Positions 25,690 to 39,900 of a stretch of DNA of 64,000 nt are shown here, piece by piece. Location of the stretch: contig NC_091999.1 of NCBI RefSeq assembly GCF_044704955.1, positions 10,354,001 to 10,418,000 of the forward strand, written 5' to 3'. A model generated the notes under the pieces. That model saw only the letters and a program-made list of their open reading frames with translations, did no database searches and was not told the DNA's origin. A program made the translations under genes and the position numbers. The stretch comes from Pristiophorus japonicus (Eukaryota). How positions within the stretch are numbered: position 1 is the first letter of the stretch; each line of letters begins with the position of its first letter.

Positions 25690-26140
25690 AAGTGTACAAC
25701 GGTTGAGGTACATCGTGTCCGTGGAGAGACTCGAGAAACAGAGATTGTTGTCCTTGGAGCAGCGAAGGTTAAGTGGAGTTTAATAAAGGTGTTTACAATT
25801 ATGAAGAGTTTTGATAAAGTAGATGGGGAGGAAATGTTTCCACTGCCATGAGGCTCGATAACCAGACAACACAGATTTATGATAAAAGGCCAACAAAATC
25901 CAGGCGGCAAATTAGGAGAATATTTTTCTGCAGAGAATTGTTACAATCCAGAATGCATTGACGGAAAGGGTGTTGGAAGTATATTATACAATAACTTTCA
26001 AAAGGGAATTAGATAAATACTTGAACAGGACAAGTTTTCAGGGTTATGGGCAAAGAGCAGGTTCGTGGACCGAATTGGATCGCTCATTCATAGAGCGAGT
26101 ACAGACACAATGGGTCTTCTTCTGTGCTGTACGTTCTTTA
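25690..26140 (+). mobile_element. CR1 3' fragment
   Basis: SLEQRRL and FKRELDKYL-type RT tail remnants. Confidence 0.7.
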
Positions 26141-26599
26141 ATTCAATAAGTCGCTCGCCACCCTGAATTTGACGTAAATCGTCGTTCCTTTACTGTCTCT
26201 GGGTCAATAACCTGGAAGTCCCTCCCTCACAGCACTATAGTGACACCTTCAGCAAGGGCAGCTAGGGATGGGCAATTGAATCCGGCCTTTTCATCGACGC
26301 CCATATCTCGAGAATGGACAGAAAAAATTAAGAGAAACAGCCGGTACAGTAGGACAATCACCACGTGAAATGTTGCTTGGTTTCTGTCACACATTCTTTC
26401 TTTCTCTATTTCAGTTTTTCTCTCCTCTCTCGCATGTTATCTCGTTCACTCATTTTCATTACTTCAATTTCTTCCTTTGCAATATTAAAAAACATTCAAC
26501 AGTTATATTACATTTCTCGATTTTTTTGATCATGAAGAATGAGCTGAGGAGGGAGGGGTGAATTGATAAACAGAAATCCCGTTCAGGGCGGTGTTATCT

Positions 26600-29230
26600 A
26601 CATAGGAGCACGAGTAGTTCAGTTATCCCCTCCAGCCTGCTTCGCCATTCAGAGACCATGGCTGTGACGTAACGTCATATGTTTTGCGCCATATCCCTTA
26701 ATAAATTTGGTTGAAAAAACCTATCAATCTCAGACTGAAAATGAACAATTGACCTGCTAACAATTGCCGTTTACAGAAGAGAGTTCCAAACTTCTGCCAA
26801 ACCTTGAATGTAGAAATGATTATTAACTTCACTCCAGAAAGGCATGGCTCTAACTTCTAGGCTATTTCCCCTAGTCCTAGAGACCCCACGCGATGGAAAT
26901 AGTTTATCTCAATCTAACCATTAGAAGCTTGAAAACTTCGATCAAATCACACCTGAACCATATAAATTCCAGCGAATTCTGCACTAGTTTGTGCAATCTC
27001 TCATCGTAATTTAAGCCTTGAAGTCCAGTTTTCATTCTGGTCAATCCACGCTGCACACATTGCTAGTCCAATATATGCTGTCAAAGATGTGCTGCCTAGA
27101 ACTACTCACAGTACTTCAGTTATAGCCTAACCAGGCATTTTTTGCAGCTGTCGCATAATTACGACCCCCTTGTATACGAGTCCTCTAGATATAAATGCCA
27201 ACATTCCAGTAGACGTTTTGTTTATTTTCTGTGTCTGTCCATGACATTTTAATGATCTATGTACATTGACCCCCAAGAATCTTTGTACCTGTATTGTTTC
27301 TAGCATTTCACCATTTCGAAAATACCCTCTTCTAGCGGTTTTAGGTCCAAAAGTGGATGAACTCACATTTGCCTATATTGAAATCCATTTTCCAGAGAGT
27401 TTTACCCATTCGCTTAATATAGTAATATCTCCTTGTAATTTTATGTTTCCATGTACCTGCTTACAATGGCGGCTATCTTTGTGTTATCGGCAAATTGTTG
27501 CTTTTTTATCCCATCACCTCAGTCATTAAAAAATATGGTGAATATTTGAGACCACCACTGAACCTTGCAAAAAACTATTATCGAGACGCTTTTTCTCCTG
27601 CCGCTCAGCCAGTTTCGTAACAAGGTCAATAATTTGTCTTCACTTCCACGAGCTTCAACTTTAGCTAGCAGTCACTTATGAGAGACTTTCTCAAATTCCT
27701 TCAGGAAGTCCATATAAATAACATCCATACACATTTCCCTGTCCACTACATTAGTCACCTCTGCAAATAGTTCAACGAGGTTCGTCTGATATGACCTACC
27801 TGTCACAATGCATGCTGGCTGTCTCTGCACAGCTGAATATTTTTATGGTGTTCATTCACTCTATCCTAAGTTATAGATTCTAGTAATTTTGTGACAACAC
27901 ATGTTAGGTTACTTGCATATAATATCCTGGCTTTCCTCTCTCACCTGTCTGAAATAACGGAGTGACAAGCACAATTTTGCCATCGAAATGAACAGTTCCT
28001 GAATCAAGAGAAATTTGGTTGATTACAGTTAGCGCATCTGCAATATTCACACCTGCATCCTTGAAAATCCTGGCTTGGAAACCATATCGTCCTAGGGATA
28101 TTTCACACTTTTTGCCATTATTTTATTCATTACTGTTATTTTCTTTATTTTAATTTTTTGAGCTACCGACCCAGCTTCAGTTTCCTTTGTATTTCCGGAT
28201 TGCTGTGCCCTTGCTCTATCCAAACAGTGACGCAAAGTGATACTCAACATGTCCTTATTTTCGATGACACTTTCACCGTTATCAATTTTCAAGGTACCCA
28301 CATTGTTCCTGAACACCGATTTTTCTTGATATAATTGTCAAACAAATTGTGTTGGTTTTTATATCCCTTGAAGGTGCACTTACATACTCCTTTTTTGTAG
28401 ATCACTATCTGTTTTCACTATCTGTTTTGTCACCCTTTGCTTTTCTTTGCATCTTTCCCATTCACCAGGATCTGTGCTATTGTTTGCTTTATTGTATGCG
28501 TTTTCTTCTCATTTCATGTGGTCTCTTACCTCTTTATTCATCCAAAGCAGTGTTTGGCAAGTACAGCATTAGCCCTTTGGGGTATAAACTTATTTTGTGT
28601 CACATTGAATTCTGTTTTGAACAACTCCCATCGGTCTTCTGTCGTTTCACCCATTAACAGATTTCCACAGTTTCCTGTGGACAGTCTCTGTCTCATTTCA
28701 TTGAAGTCAGCCTTATCCAAATCTACAATGTTAGTAGCTGTTTCGCGTTTCACCCTTTCACAGGCTATGATGAACTTGATCATACGCGGCTCGTTATTAG
28801 ATAATTATTCATATACCGTTAGGGTGTTGAATAAATCTGGCTCATTACTCATTCCAAATCGAATATGTCATGCCCGCTTGTTGGTTCCAGTACATATTAT
28901 TCCAGAAAACTCTCCTGACACACTCAGGACACTTACTACCTTTCCTACATTAGTTGGTCAGCTTATCGCAATCGACATGAAAGTTAAAATCATTCATTAA
29001 AACCAATCTGTTTTTGCTACATATTTGTCTAATCTCTGCATCTCTACATTCTACCACTTCACAACTGCTATCAGGGGGCATATAAACAACTCTCACTAAA
29101 ATCTTAAATCCATGTTATTTCTTAATTCTACCCATTAAGTCTCCACGATCTGCTTAAATCTCGTTTCTCCTCTCTTATCATTGATGTGATTTCATCCTTA
29201 TTCACTAAGGCTACCTGTCCTCCTCTACCA
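26600..29230 (-). mobile_element. Heavily decayed CR1 LINE
   Basis: KADFNEMRQRL, GMLAFISRG remnants. Confidence 0.8.
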
Positions 29231-29508
29231 TACTCTGTAATCTCTGCCTCTCCTCCTTTAATCTACTGAGTGACGTTGTGAGTGTCGTAGTAGGAAGTAG
29301 AGAAACTACATCCGATGAGATGTTAAAATGCTCTTACCCAATTATTGCATTCGGTAGTTTTACCAGAAACAGACTTGCATGAGATACTTCCTCACTTTCT
29401 GTTATATCGTCCAGTCGAACACTTTCTCACTTTACTCAGTATAACGCATCGCAACAGTAGGCAGAACTATTATTCCAAGCGATTGTTGGTGAAGATAGAG
29501 TGGACCCC

Positions 29509-29961
29509 ATGTCGTACTGTCACCTCATCATATTGTGGCTCATGATTCTAGGTATGGCCATGCCTTTAACTGTTTGCACTAATATGAAGTGACTAGACAT
29601 TCTAAGTTATTAGACGTTCTATCTCTGTACTGTATTCAAAGTTAACTTTTATTTCAGGGGAGATTCAGGCAAATTCGGTGGCACAACCTCAGACTGCGCT
29701 CTCTATCGCTGAAGGAGATGGAGTGAAAATAGATTGCAGTTACACATCAAGCCACGCCAACCCAGATCTATATTGGTACAAGCAGCACACGAACCAGGCT
29801 CCGCGTTTTATTTTGTACCGGGATAACAACAACAAAGATGATGCAGATTTTGCTCAGGGAAGATTCGAGGCTGGCCAAGCAAACGCAGAAAATAAGTTTC
29901 CTTTAACAATCAATCGAGCGGAAATACAGGACTCTGCCGTTTATTTCTGTGGGTTACGCTA
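29509..29961 (+). CDS. Apparently functional TCR alpha/delta V segment (exons 29509-29551, 29658-29961)
   Basis: Leader MSYCHLIILWLMILG with phase-1 GT-AG intron; VKIDCSY..LYWYKQ..DSAVYFCGLR; no lesions seen. Confidence 0.95.
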
Positions 29962-30000
29962 CACAGTGTTGTAAAGCTCATCTCTCACTGTACAAAAACC
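29962..30000 (+). other. Consensus 23-RSS
   Basis: CACAGTG-23-ACAAAAACC. Confidence 0.97.
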
Positions 30001-30109
30001 TGAGTGAAATAAAACTGCCACAGACGGTGCCTAAACCCTCTGATTCAGAGACGCGAGTGAGACTGATTGAGCGACGGCTGACACTGACAGACAGTTGAAT
30101 AGAACCGTT

Positions 30110-30520
30110 CCTTGTCTGCAAGTGTCAGCCGTGGCTCAACCGCTCTCACTGATGCCTTGGGTCAGAAAGTTTTCATGTGAAGTCTGAGTCCACGGACTCG
30201 GGCTGCATAATCCAGGACCGACACTACCGATGCTGGTACTGAGGCAGAACTGCACTATCCGAGGGCATACCGTCTTTCAGTGAGATGTTACACGAAGACC
30301 CTCTTTGCTTTTGCAAGTGGATGTGAAATATTCCACAGCACTGTTTTGAAAAAAGCATCAGAGCTCACCCAGGTGACGTGGGCCAAATTCATCCGAAATT
30401 CAGATAATCGCAGTGCTCTTTGTGGGGTCTTGACGTGCAGAAATTGGCCAGCGTGTTGCCTGCATGACACAGTATATTTTTAAATTACTTCGTTGGCATT
30501 TTGGGATGTGTGTGGCAGTC
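30110..30520 (+). mobile_element. Degenerate SINE copy
   Basis: Resembles the reverse complement of 32790-33240 (GTCTTTCAGTGAGATGTTA, AGTGGATGTGAAA). Confidence 0.5.
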
Positions 30521-32789
30521 TGTATGGACCAGGGCGCCTTTTCCTATCTGTCATTGTTCCTATATAAAGCATTTTATACATTGCAAATCCTGGAGTGGTC
30601 TCACTTCCAATCTGGCCGCAATGATGTCAATTATTTTAGTTGCCCTGGCGCCTGGCCAATGGCGCATTGCGCCTTTCACGGGACCGGATTTGAGGCTCTT
30701 TGCAACAATCCGCGAACAGCACTTGAGCCCAGAACCATCAGGTCACATTTTCACAGGAGCATCGGCTCAGTTTAAGAGTTGTAAGCTTCATTAAATTGCT
30801 CAATTTCTTTGTTCCATTTTCTCTCTTACCCACATCCTGCAAAACGACATTTGGTGACCTAGTTTTTTGGATGCGAATAAAACAGCGAACCGCAGGATTG
30901 TCAGTTATATTTATAAAAATAAATAACTTGCATGATGAAAAATCTTGCGCTTGCTAACCGAGAGCAACGGTTTATATTTAATGCTTTTTAAGGCAAGTGG
31001 AATATGGTAGCATAGCCTTAGATTCTCAGTTATTTTAAATTTTCTGTAAACATTTCTGTGCTCAGAGTGTTTTATAGTGGGAGAAGGGAATTTGGAAAGC
31101 CAGAATAACAGTGGAAAAAACAGAGAGAATAGCAATCCCTGAAATATTATAATCAGAAAGTGACTGAAATGTAAAACAAGACAGTCAATATCTGAACGTG
31201 AAGGACAGCGCAAAGCTTTACTGGGAGATCTCAGCAGCCATGATCTTTTAAGAGTCGTCAATTGTCGTGCTGCTCTAATCAATAATTTTCAGTCTTTACA
31301 CCATGAATGGACTTTGGACAAAATAGTCAAGTTCAATAAAAGGGAAGCCTCTGATGTAAATAAAATCATTTTCAACGATTTAATATCACGTTTTGTCCGT
31401 GAACCTCAAAGTGATATATTTTATTTGGGATGCTGTTTTAAAATGCTTGCATATATTCTCTGATAAACATAGCGCATTTGCCTTCGCGTTAAAGCACTAT
31501 TTAGCAGCGGGGTGCACTGAAGACAACTTTTGCTGACACTTTCAGTTGACCATCAGTAACTGTTACCCTTTATCCTGGTCCTAAATGTCCCCCAATTATA
31601 CCGGATGTTTTAACTCAACTGATTTGTGCAGATTTTGTTCGTATTGCACCGTCGACACAGCAGGATAATACGATAGGGCTTTAGTAACCTGCATGGACAT
31701 TACATGTGGCGATCGGAGAAGTTATGCAGAGAGCATTAGACAATATGCTTGATTGATAAATTCCACAAAATGCATGTAAATTGAGGAGAAATGTTGCTGA
31801 CCAAAATGCGGAGAAAAATCAAGAATCTAATGGGATGTGGCAGAACCAAAGCTCAGCTTAATTTTGAAACTTATATTAATTTCCAAGAAAGGTGATACGA
31901 CGTTTTAACATGATTAAAATCTGAAGAATTTCAGTACAAATGAAGTGAAGCAGATTGTCATTCGCAGTGCTGTAATCAATGTACAAACTAATGCAGAAAG
32001 CTCTACATTCAAAGCCGAAATTCACAGTCGGTTCACAAATACCTCGGCACAGTAACGAACAAGGGCTTTTAACAGAAAATTGATGAGGAAAACTCAAAAC
32101 TGTTCGGTTGTACTTAACATGATTCATTCAGACAAAGGTTAAAGCAATGTGCTTTCTGCTGGTTGTACCACCCTGAGAGTCGCGTTTCTGAGAGGCCGTC
32201 TTTGCCGTCCTGGATAAGGAACAATGGTAATCAGAATAAGTGGAAAAACAAGATGTTTGGAGTAATACAAACAATTTTTTGGGGGGTTTTGCTGAATATT
32301 CAATTTTTAACATAGTTTCTTTTCCTTTCTCTCTGTCACTTTCTCTATCTCCAAATCTTTCTCTCCCTTTGTTTCTGTCTCTCCTCTCTCACTGTCTCTC
32401 TCGATTTGTCTGTGCGCATATCTCTCTCTCACTCTGCGTGTGTCTGTGTCTCTTTTTCCATTTTTCGATCCCTATTTCTCTCTCTCCAGCGATTATACAC
32501 CATTTATCACATGCCAAAGTGAAGTGTAATGCTTCAACTGCACTACACCACCAACCATTCCAAGTTCCCGTACAACAGAGGTGAGATGCAGGGTAAACCT
32601 CCCTTTAATGTGCCGCACTAAAGTCTCAGACGTCAGATATAGCTTGGGCGAAATGTAATCTAAATTCATATTTGCAGCATTCCACAAGACACTCAAATAT
32701 TGGGTTGAGAAAATGTTGCAAGACAGGAAATCTTCTTCGACACTTTTGCAACAAACTCTCATCGGGAAAGGATAGCACATGTTCGATAA

Positions 32790-33240
32790 AGAAAGAAAGA
32801 AAGACTTGCATTTATATAGCGTCATTGACAACTACCAGACGTCTCAAAGCGCTTTACAGCCAAAAGAGCAATTTTGGAGTGTAGTCACTGTTATAATGTA
32901 GGAGACACGGCTGACAACTTATGCACAGCAAACTCAAACAACTAGCAATGTGCTAATGACCAGAAATCTGTTTTTGTTATGTTGATTGTGGGATACATAT
33001 TTCGATGGACACCGGGGATAACTCACCTACTCTTCATCTAAATAATGCCATGGGATCTTTCATGTCCACCTGAGAGAGCAGACGGGACTTCGATTTAACA
33101 TCTCATCTGAAAGACTGCACCTGAGACAGTGCAGCACTCCCTCAGCGCTACAGTAGATTTTCAGCCTATAATTACGTGCTTAATTCCGTGGTATGAGACG
33201 TGAACAAACAACCTTCTGAATCAGAGGTGAGTGTGCCAAC
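32790..33240 (-). mobile_element. SINE copy
   Basis: (AAAG)n tail then the same core as 14190-14600. Confidence 0.7.
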
Positions 33241-33279
33241 CATTGAGCAGCGGGAGTTAAAAAATGGCACGAGAGAGCT

Positions 33280-34260
33280 TACCAGAGGGGGTAAAATAAC
33301 AGCGTATATTAGAGACGGCAGGGGATGCGATGTGTTGCAGCTGCAGCATGTGGGAGCTGGTGGACACCAATATGATCCATGGCGACTGCATCTGCATTAA
33401 GTGTTGGCTGCTCGAGGAACTTCGGCTCCATGTTGATGAGCTGGAGTCCGAGCTTCAGACAGTGTGACATATCACGGAGGGAGAGAGTTACCTGGACGCT
33501 GTGTTCCAGCAGAGAGTCACGCCCCTTAAGTTGAATAAGTCCGTGCTCAGGGCTAGTAGGATGTGACTACGAGTGAGGCAGATATGGGGACCCAGAATGT
33601 AGTGATGAAGAAGCCTCAGCCCTTGCAATTGTCCAACAGGTACGAGATTATTACTCCATTTGTGGACGAGAGAAGGGGCTGCTGGGAGGATGAGCAAACT
33701 GACCACAGCACCTTGATAGAGTGGACCATTCAAGTGTAGGTGCAAAGAGAAACGTGCTAGTGGTAGCGGGCAGTATAGTTCTGGGGATATATACCGTTCT
33801 CTGCAGACGAGAGAATGTGTCCGGAAGGCTCTGTTGCCTTCTTGGTGCCAAGCTTAAGTGCACCTCCTCTGTGCTGGAGAGGAACTTAGAGTGGAAGGGG
33901 AAAGATCCACTTGTCGTGGTCCATGTAGGTACTTATGACATAGTTATGTCAAAGAAATTGGTGCTGCTGAGGGAGTATGAACAGCTAGGAGCAAAATTAA
34001 AATCATAACCACAAATATAGTAATCTCTGGGTTATTACCGTATCCACGAGCAAATTTGCATAGGGTAAATTATATCATAGAGATAAACACGTGGCTCAAA
34101 GACTGGTTTGGAAGAAATGGGTTTCACTGATGGGAGACTGGAACCAGTAATGTGATAAGTGGAAGCTGTTCCATGCGGACCGGCATCTATTGAACCAAGC
34201 TGGGAACAGTGTCCTAGCGAATCGAATAACTAGAGCTTTAGCTAGAATTTTTGAACTAAT
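33280..34260 (+). mobile_element. CR1 ORF1 remnant (Cys-rich region plus esterase-like)
   Basis: CCSCSMWE, LCCLLGAK..VVVHVGTYD. Confidence 0.75.
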
Positions 34261-34269
34261 CTTGGACAG

Positions 34270-36930
34270 GGGCCAAACCTGCTCAACTTTTCTTCATAAG
34301 TCAAACGCTTTATCTCAGAATCACGCAAATGAACCTTCTGTGAACTGCCTCCAATGCAATTATACTCTCTTTAAATCAGACCAAAACTGCACGCAGTACT
34401 CCAGGTGTGGTCGCACCAATACCCTATACAGTTGTAGCAGGACTTCACTGCTTTTATACTCCATCCCCCTTGCAATCGAGGCCAACATTCCATTCCTGAT
34501 TATTTGCTTATATGCATACTATATATTTGTGTTTCATGCACAGCGACCCCAGGTCCCATTGTACAGCAGCATTGTATCATCTCTCGCCATTTCAAGAATA
34601 ATAATAACAATAAACATAGAAACATACAAAAAGTTACAGCACTCAAGGAGGCCATTCGGTCAGTCGAGTCCCTGCTGGCTGTGTGCAACAGCACTCCAGC
34701 TAGTTCCACTTCCCTGCCTTTTCTCCGCAGCCCTGCAAAACTTTCGCTTCGGCAGTTATCCCACTCCATTTTGAAAGCCACGATTGAATGTGCATCCACC
34801 ATCCTCTCAGGCACAACATTCCAGATCCTAACGACTCGCTGTACAAATATGTTTTACCCATGCCACCTTTTGTTCTTATGCCAATTACCTTAAATATGTG
34901 TCGTCTGGTTCTGTAACCTTTCGCCAATGAGAACAATTTCTTTCCAGCTCCAAGTCTCATGATTTTGAACACCTCTATCAAATCTCCTCTCAAACGTTGC
35001 TGCTCTAAGGAGAACAACCCGCGTGTCTCCACTCTATGCACGTAACTGAAGTCCCTTAACCCTGGATCCATTCCTGTATATCTTGTCTGCACCCTCTCTA
35101 AGCCTTTCACATCCTTCCTAATACTTGGTGACCAGAATTGGACACATTACACCAATTCAGAACGGACCAGTGTTTTATAAAGATTCATCAAAGCTTCATT
35201 GGCTCTCTATTCCTTGCTTCTATTTAAGAGGCCGAGGATCACGTATGCTATGTTACATGCTTTCCCAAGTTACCCTGCAAGCTTCACCGATTTCTGCAGA
35301 TATACACCGACGTCTCTCTGTTCATGCATGCCCTTTTGAATTTTACCCTTTAGTATATATTGCCTCTGCTCGTTCTTTCTCCCAAAATATATCATTTCAC
35401 ACTTATCTGCGTTAAATTGCGGCTGACACGTGTCCGCCCATTGCACCATCCTGCCTGTCTCCTCTTGAAGTTATCACTATCCTCCTCACTGTTCAGTACA
35501 CTTGTAGGTTTTGTTTCATCTGCATGTGTTGAAATAGTTCCCTGTACAACCAAGTCCATTTCACCAATATATATCAAGAATAGCAGAGGTCTGAGTACCG
35601 ATCCCTGTGGAACCTAACTGTGTACCATCCTGCATTCTGAAAAGCAACTGTTCACCTGTAATCCGTTTCCTGTCACGAAGTGAATTTCGTATCCATGATG
35701 CCACTTTCACTTTTGTGCGATGGGCTTCAATTTTGCTGGCATGTCTATGACGTGGCACTTTATTAACGCATTTTCTGAAGTTTATGCACACTACATCAAC
35801 ACAATACTTTCATCAACCCTCTATGTTACCTCGTCAAAGAACGTAATCAAGTTATGTAAACTCGAGTTCCTATTAATAAATCCGTGCTTCCTTTCCTTAA
35901 TTAATCCAAGTGACTGTTAATGTCATCCCTGATTATCGTTTCACAAAGCTGCCTCATTACCGAGGTTCAACTAACTGGCCTGTAGTTACTGGGTTTATCC
36001 TTACACCATTTTTGATCAAGGGTGTAACGTTTGCAGTTCTTGAGTCCTCTGGCACAACCCCCTTGTCGAAAAAGGATTGAAGGATAATGGCCAATACTTG
36101 CGCAAATTCAACATTTGCATTTATCAGTAACCAAGGATACATCCAATCCCATCCTGGTGACATATCTTCTTTAAGTACAACCAGTTTTTGTCGAACCTCC
36201 TTTTGATCAAATATTATCCCAACCAGTATCTCCACTATCTCCTCTTTCACGACAATCGGGCAGCATCTACTTCCTTGATAAAGACAGATGCAGTGTACTG
36301 CTTTAGTAACTCAGCCATAGCTTCTTCCTGCATGGTCTCTAATTGGCCTCACCCTCATATTACTATCCATTTACAATTTATACATCTATTGAAGACTTTT
36401 GAGTTCCTCTTTATTTTATCTGCCAACTTAATCTCATTTTCACTCTTTGCTCCTCTTATTTTCATTTTCACTTCCTCTATGAACATTCTGTATTCAGCCT
36501 GATTCTCCCGTGTATTCTCAAGGTGATACGTGCTCATTTTCTGCTTGAGCTTACTCTCGATCGCTTTCATCATACAGGGAATCGTGCTTTCAGTTGTCCT
36601 AACTTTCTCTCTCACGGGAATGTTTCTCGACTTTAGTGAACCAACTCAACTTTAAAGTCAGCCTATAGTTTGAATGCAGTTTTGACAGCCAATTATGAAT
36701 TATATTTATCCTGGCCTGTTCGGCTCTCAGCCAACTGAAAGTGCCCTTCCTCAAATTAACTACTTTAGACTACATTGCTCCCTGTCCGTTTCCATAGCGA
36801 ATCTAAAACTAATGATGCTATGATCACAGTTACCTATATTTTCTCCGACTGATACTTGGTCCACTTACCCCACCCATTCCCCAGAACCAGATCGAGCAAT
36901 GCCTCCTTCCGCATGGGGCCGGAGACGTAC
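34270..36930 (-). mobile_element. Decayed CR1 LINE(s), ORF2
   Basis: LERVQTRYT..SLEQQRLRGDLIEVFKIM, ISTHADETK, ANVTPLIK; additional tail at ~34610. Confidence 0.85.
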
Positions 36931-36934
36931 TGTA

Positions 36935-39900
36935 TTTACTCGTTCATGGGATATGGGTGTTGCTGGCAATGACACTATTTATTGCCCATACCTAATTGCC
37001 CTTCTGAAGATGGTGGTTAGCCGCCATATTGAAACATAGAAATATAGAAACATAAAAAATAGGTGCAGGAGTAGACCATTCCTTTCTTCGACCCTGCACC
37101 ACCATGCAATATGATCATGGCTGAACATGCAACATTAGTACCCCATTCCTGCTTTCTCTCCATAAACCTTGATCTGTTTAGCCATAAGCGCCACATCTAA
37201 TCCCTTTTGAATATATCTAACGAATTGGCCTCAGCAACTATCTGTGGTAGAGAATTGCACAGGTTTACAATTCTCTGATTGAAGAAGTTTCTCCTCATCT
37301 CGGCCCAAATTGGCTTACCCCTTATCCTTTGACTGAGACGCCTGGCTCTTGACTTCACCAACTTCGGGAATATTCTTCATGCATCTAACCTGTACAATCC
37401 CGTTAGAATGTTATATGTTTCTATGAGATCCACTCTCTTTCTTCTAAATTCCAGTGAATATGAGCCTAGTCGATCCAGTCATTCTTCACATATCAGTCCT
37501 GCCATCCCGGGAATCAGTCTTGTGAACATTCGCTGCACTCCCTCAATAGAAATAATGTCCTTCCTCAGATTAGTCGATCAAAACTGTACACAGTATTCAA
37601 GGTGTTGCCTCACCAAGACCCTGTACAACTGCAGTAAAGCCTCCCTGCTCCTATAACAAATCCTGTCGCGATGAAGGCCAACATGCCATTAACCTTCTTC
37701 ACTGCCTGCTGAACCTGCATGCCAACTTTCAATCACCGAGGTAACATGACACCCAGGTCTCGTTGCACCTCCCCTTTTCCGAATCTGTCACCATTCAGAT
37801 AATAATCTGCCTTCCTGTTCTTGCCACCAAAGTGGATAACATTACGTTGATCTACATTATACTGCATCTGGGATGCATTTGCTCACTTATCTAACCTGTC
37901 CAATTCAGCCTGCACCCTCTTAACATCCTCCTCACAGCTCACACTACCATCCAGCTTAGTGTCATCTGCAAACTTGGAGATATTACATTCAATTATTTCA
38001 TCTAATTCATTAATGTATATTGTAAATAGCTGGGGTCCCAGCACTGAATGTTGCGGTTCCCCACTAGTCCTTGCCTGCCATTCTGAGTGGATCTGATTTT
38101 TCCCAGTCTTTACTTCCAGTTCTCTATCCAGGTCAATACATTATCCCCGATACCATGTGCTTTAATTTTGCACATTAATCTCTTGTGTGGGACCTTGTCA
38201 AAAGCCTTTTGAAAGTCCAAATACAGCACATCCACTGGTTCTCCCTTGTCGACTCTACTAGTTACATGCGCAAAAAATTCTAGAAGATTTGTCAAGCATT
38301 ATTTCGCCTTCATATTTCCATGCTAACTTGGACCGATTTGTCACTGCTTGCCAAAAGCACTGTTATTTCATCTTTAATAATTGATTCCAACATTTTCCCT
38401 ACTACAGATGTCAGGCTAACCGGTCTATAATTCATTGTTTTCTCTCTCCCTCATTTTTTAAAAATGAAGGTTACATTAGCTACCCTCCAATCCATGGGAA
38501 CTGTTCCAGAATATACACTGATCAAGAATATACAGAATGTTGGAAAATGACGACCAATGCATCCACTATTTCTAGGGCCACTTCCTGAAGTACTCTGTGA
38601 TGCAGCCTATCAGGCGCTGTGGATTTACCGGCCTTCAATCCCATCAATTTCCCGAACACAATTCCCGGACTAATAAGGAGTTCCTTCCGTTCCTCTTCTC
38701 GCTAGAGCCTCGGTCCCCGAGTATTTCGAGAAGGTTATTTGTGTCTTCCTTAGCGAATCACATCAGTTTGTGTGGTGAGGGTATTGTTAGGGAGGGAATT
38801 CAAGTGTTTTGACCCAATAATGGTGAAGTAACGGCGATATACTTCCAAGTCAGGGTTATGTGTAACTTGCAGTGGAATTTACCGACTGCCATTGACATTC
38901 TAGGCGGTAAAGTCATGGGTTTGGAATGTGCTGCCGAAGAAGCCTTGGCGAGTTGCTGAATTGCACCTTGTACATGGTGCACACTGCAGCCATGGTGCAC
39001 TGGTTGTGGAGGAACTGAATGTTTAAAGTGCCGGATGGGCTGCCAATCAGGCGTGCTGCTTTCTCTTGGATGGTGTCGAACTTATTGAATGTTGTTGGAG
39101 CTGCACTCATTCAGGAATGTGGGGAGTATTCCATCACACTCCTGATTTGCGCATTGTAGGTGGTAGAAGTGCTTTGGGGAGTCAGGAGGTGGTGCAGTCC
39201 CCACAAAATACCCCACCTCTGACCTGCACTTCATTCATGTGGTTGGTCCAGTTAGGTTTCCACTCAATGGTGATCCTCAGGACGTTCATTCGGTTCTGGT
39301 TATACCCTCGCTTGTTCCAGATAGTCATTTACAGGCACTTATGTGGAGCAAATAATGCTTTTCACTTATCAGCCCAAGCCTGAATGGCATCCAGGTCTTG
39401 CTGCAATTGGGCATGGACTGGTGCATTTTCTGAGGATTTGCGATGGCACTGAACATTGTGTCGTCATTAGCAAACATCCACACTGCACAATTCTGAACTT
39501 ATCATGGAGGGAAGATCTTCCATGTAGTAGCTGAAGAACGTTGGGCCGAGGATAATATCCTGGGCAACTCCTACACCGATGGCCTAGTGCTGTGATGATT
39601 GTCGTCCAACCACCATAACAATCTTTTCTTTGCTGGAAATGTCTCCAGCCAGAGGAGAGCACCCCCCGATTTCCACTGATTTTCATTTGCTTGGGCTCCT
39701 TAATGTCACACTAAGTCAAATGCTGTCTTCATGTAAGTAGCTTTCATTATCACCTCATCTCTAGTATTCAGGTCTTTTGTCAACATTTCGACCAAGGCTG
39801 TAATGATGTCTGGAGCCGATTGGTCCAAACTGGGCATCGGCGAGCAGGTTATTGACGAGTAATTGCCATTTGATAGCACTGTTAACGATAACTTCCATGA

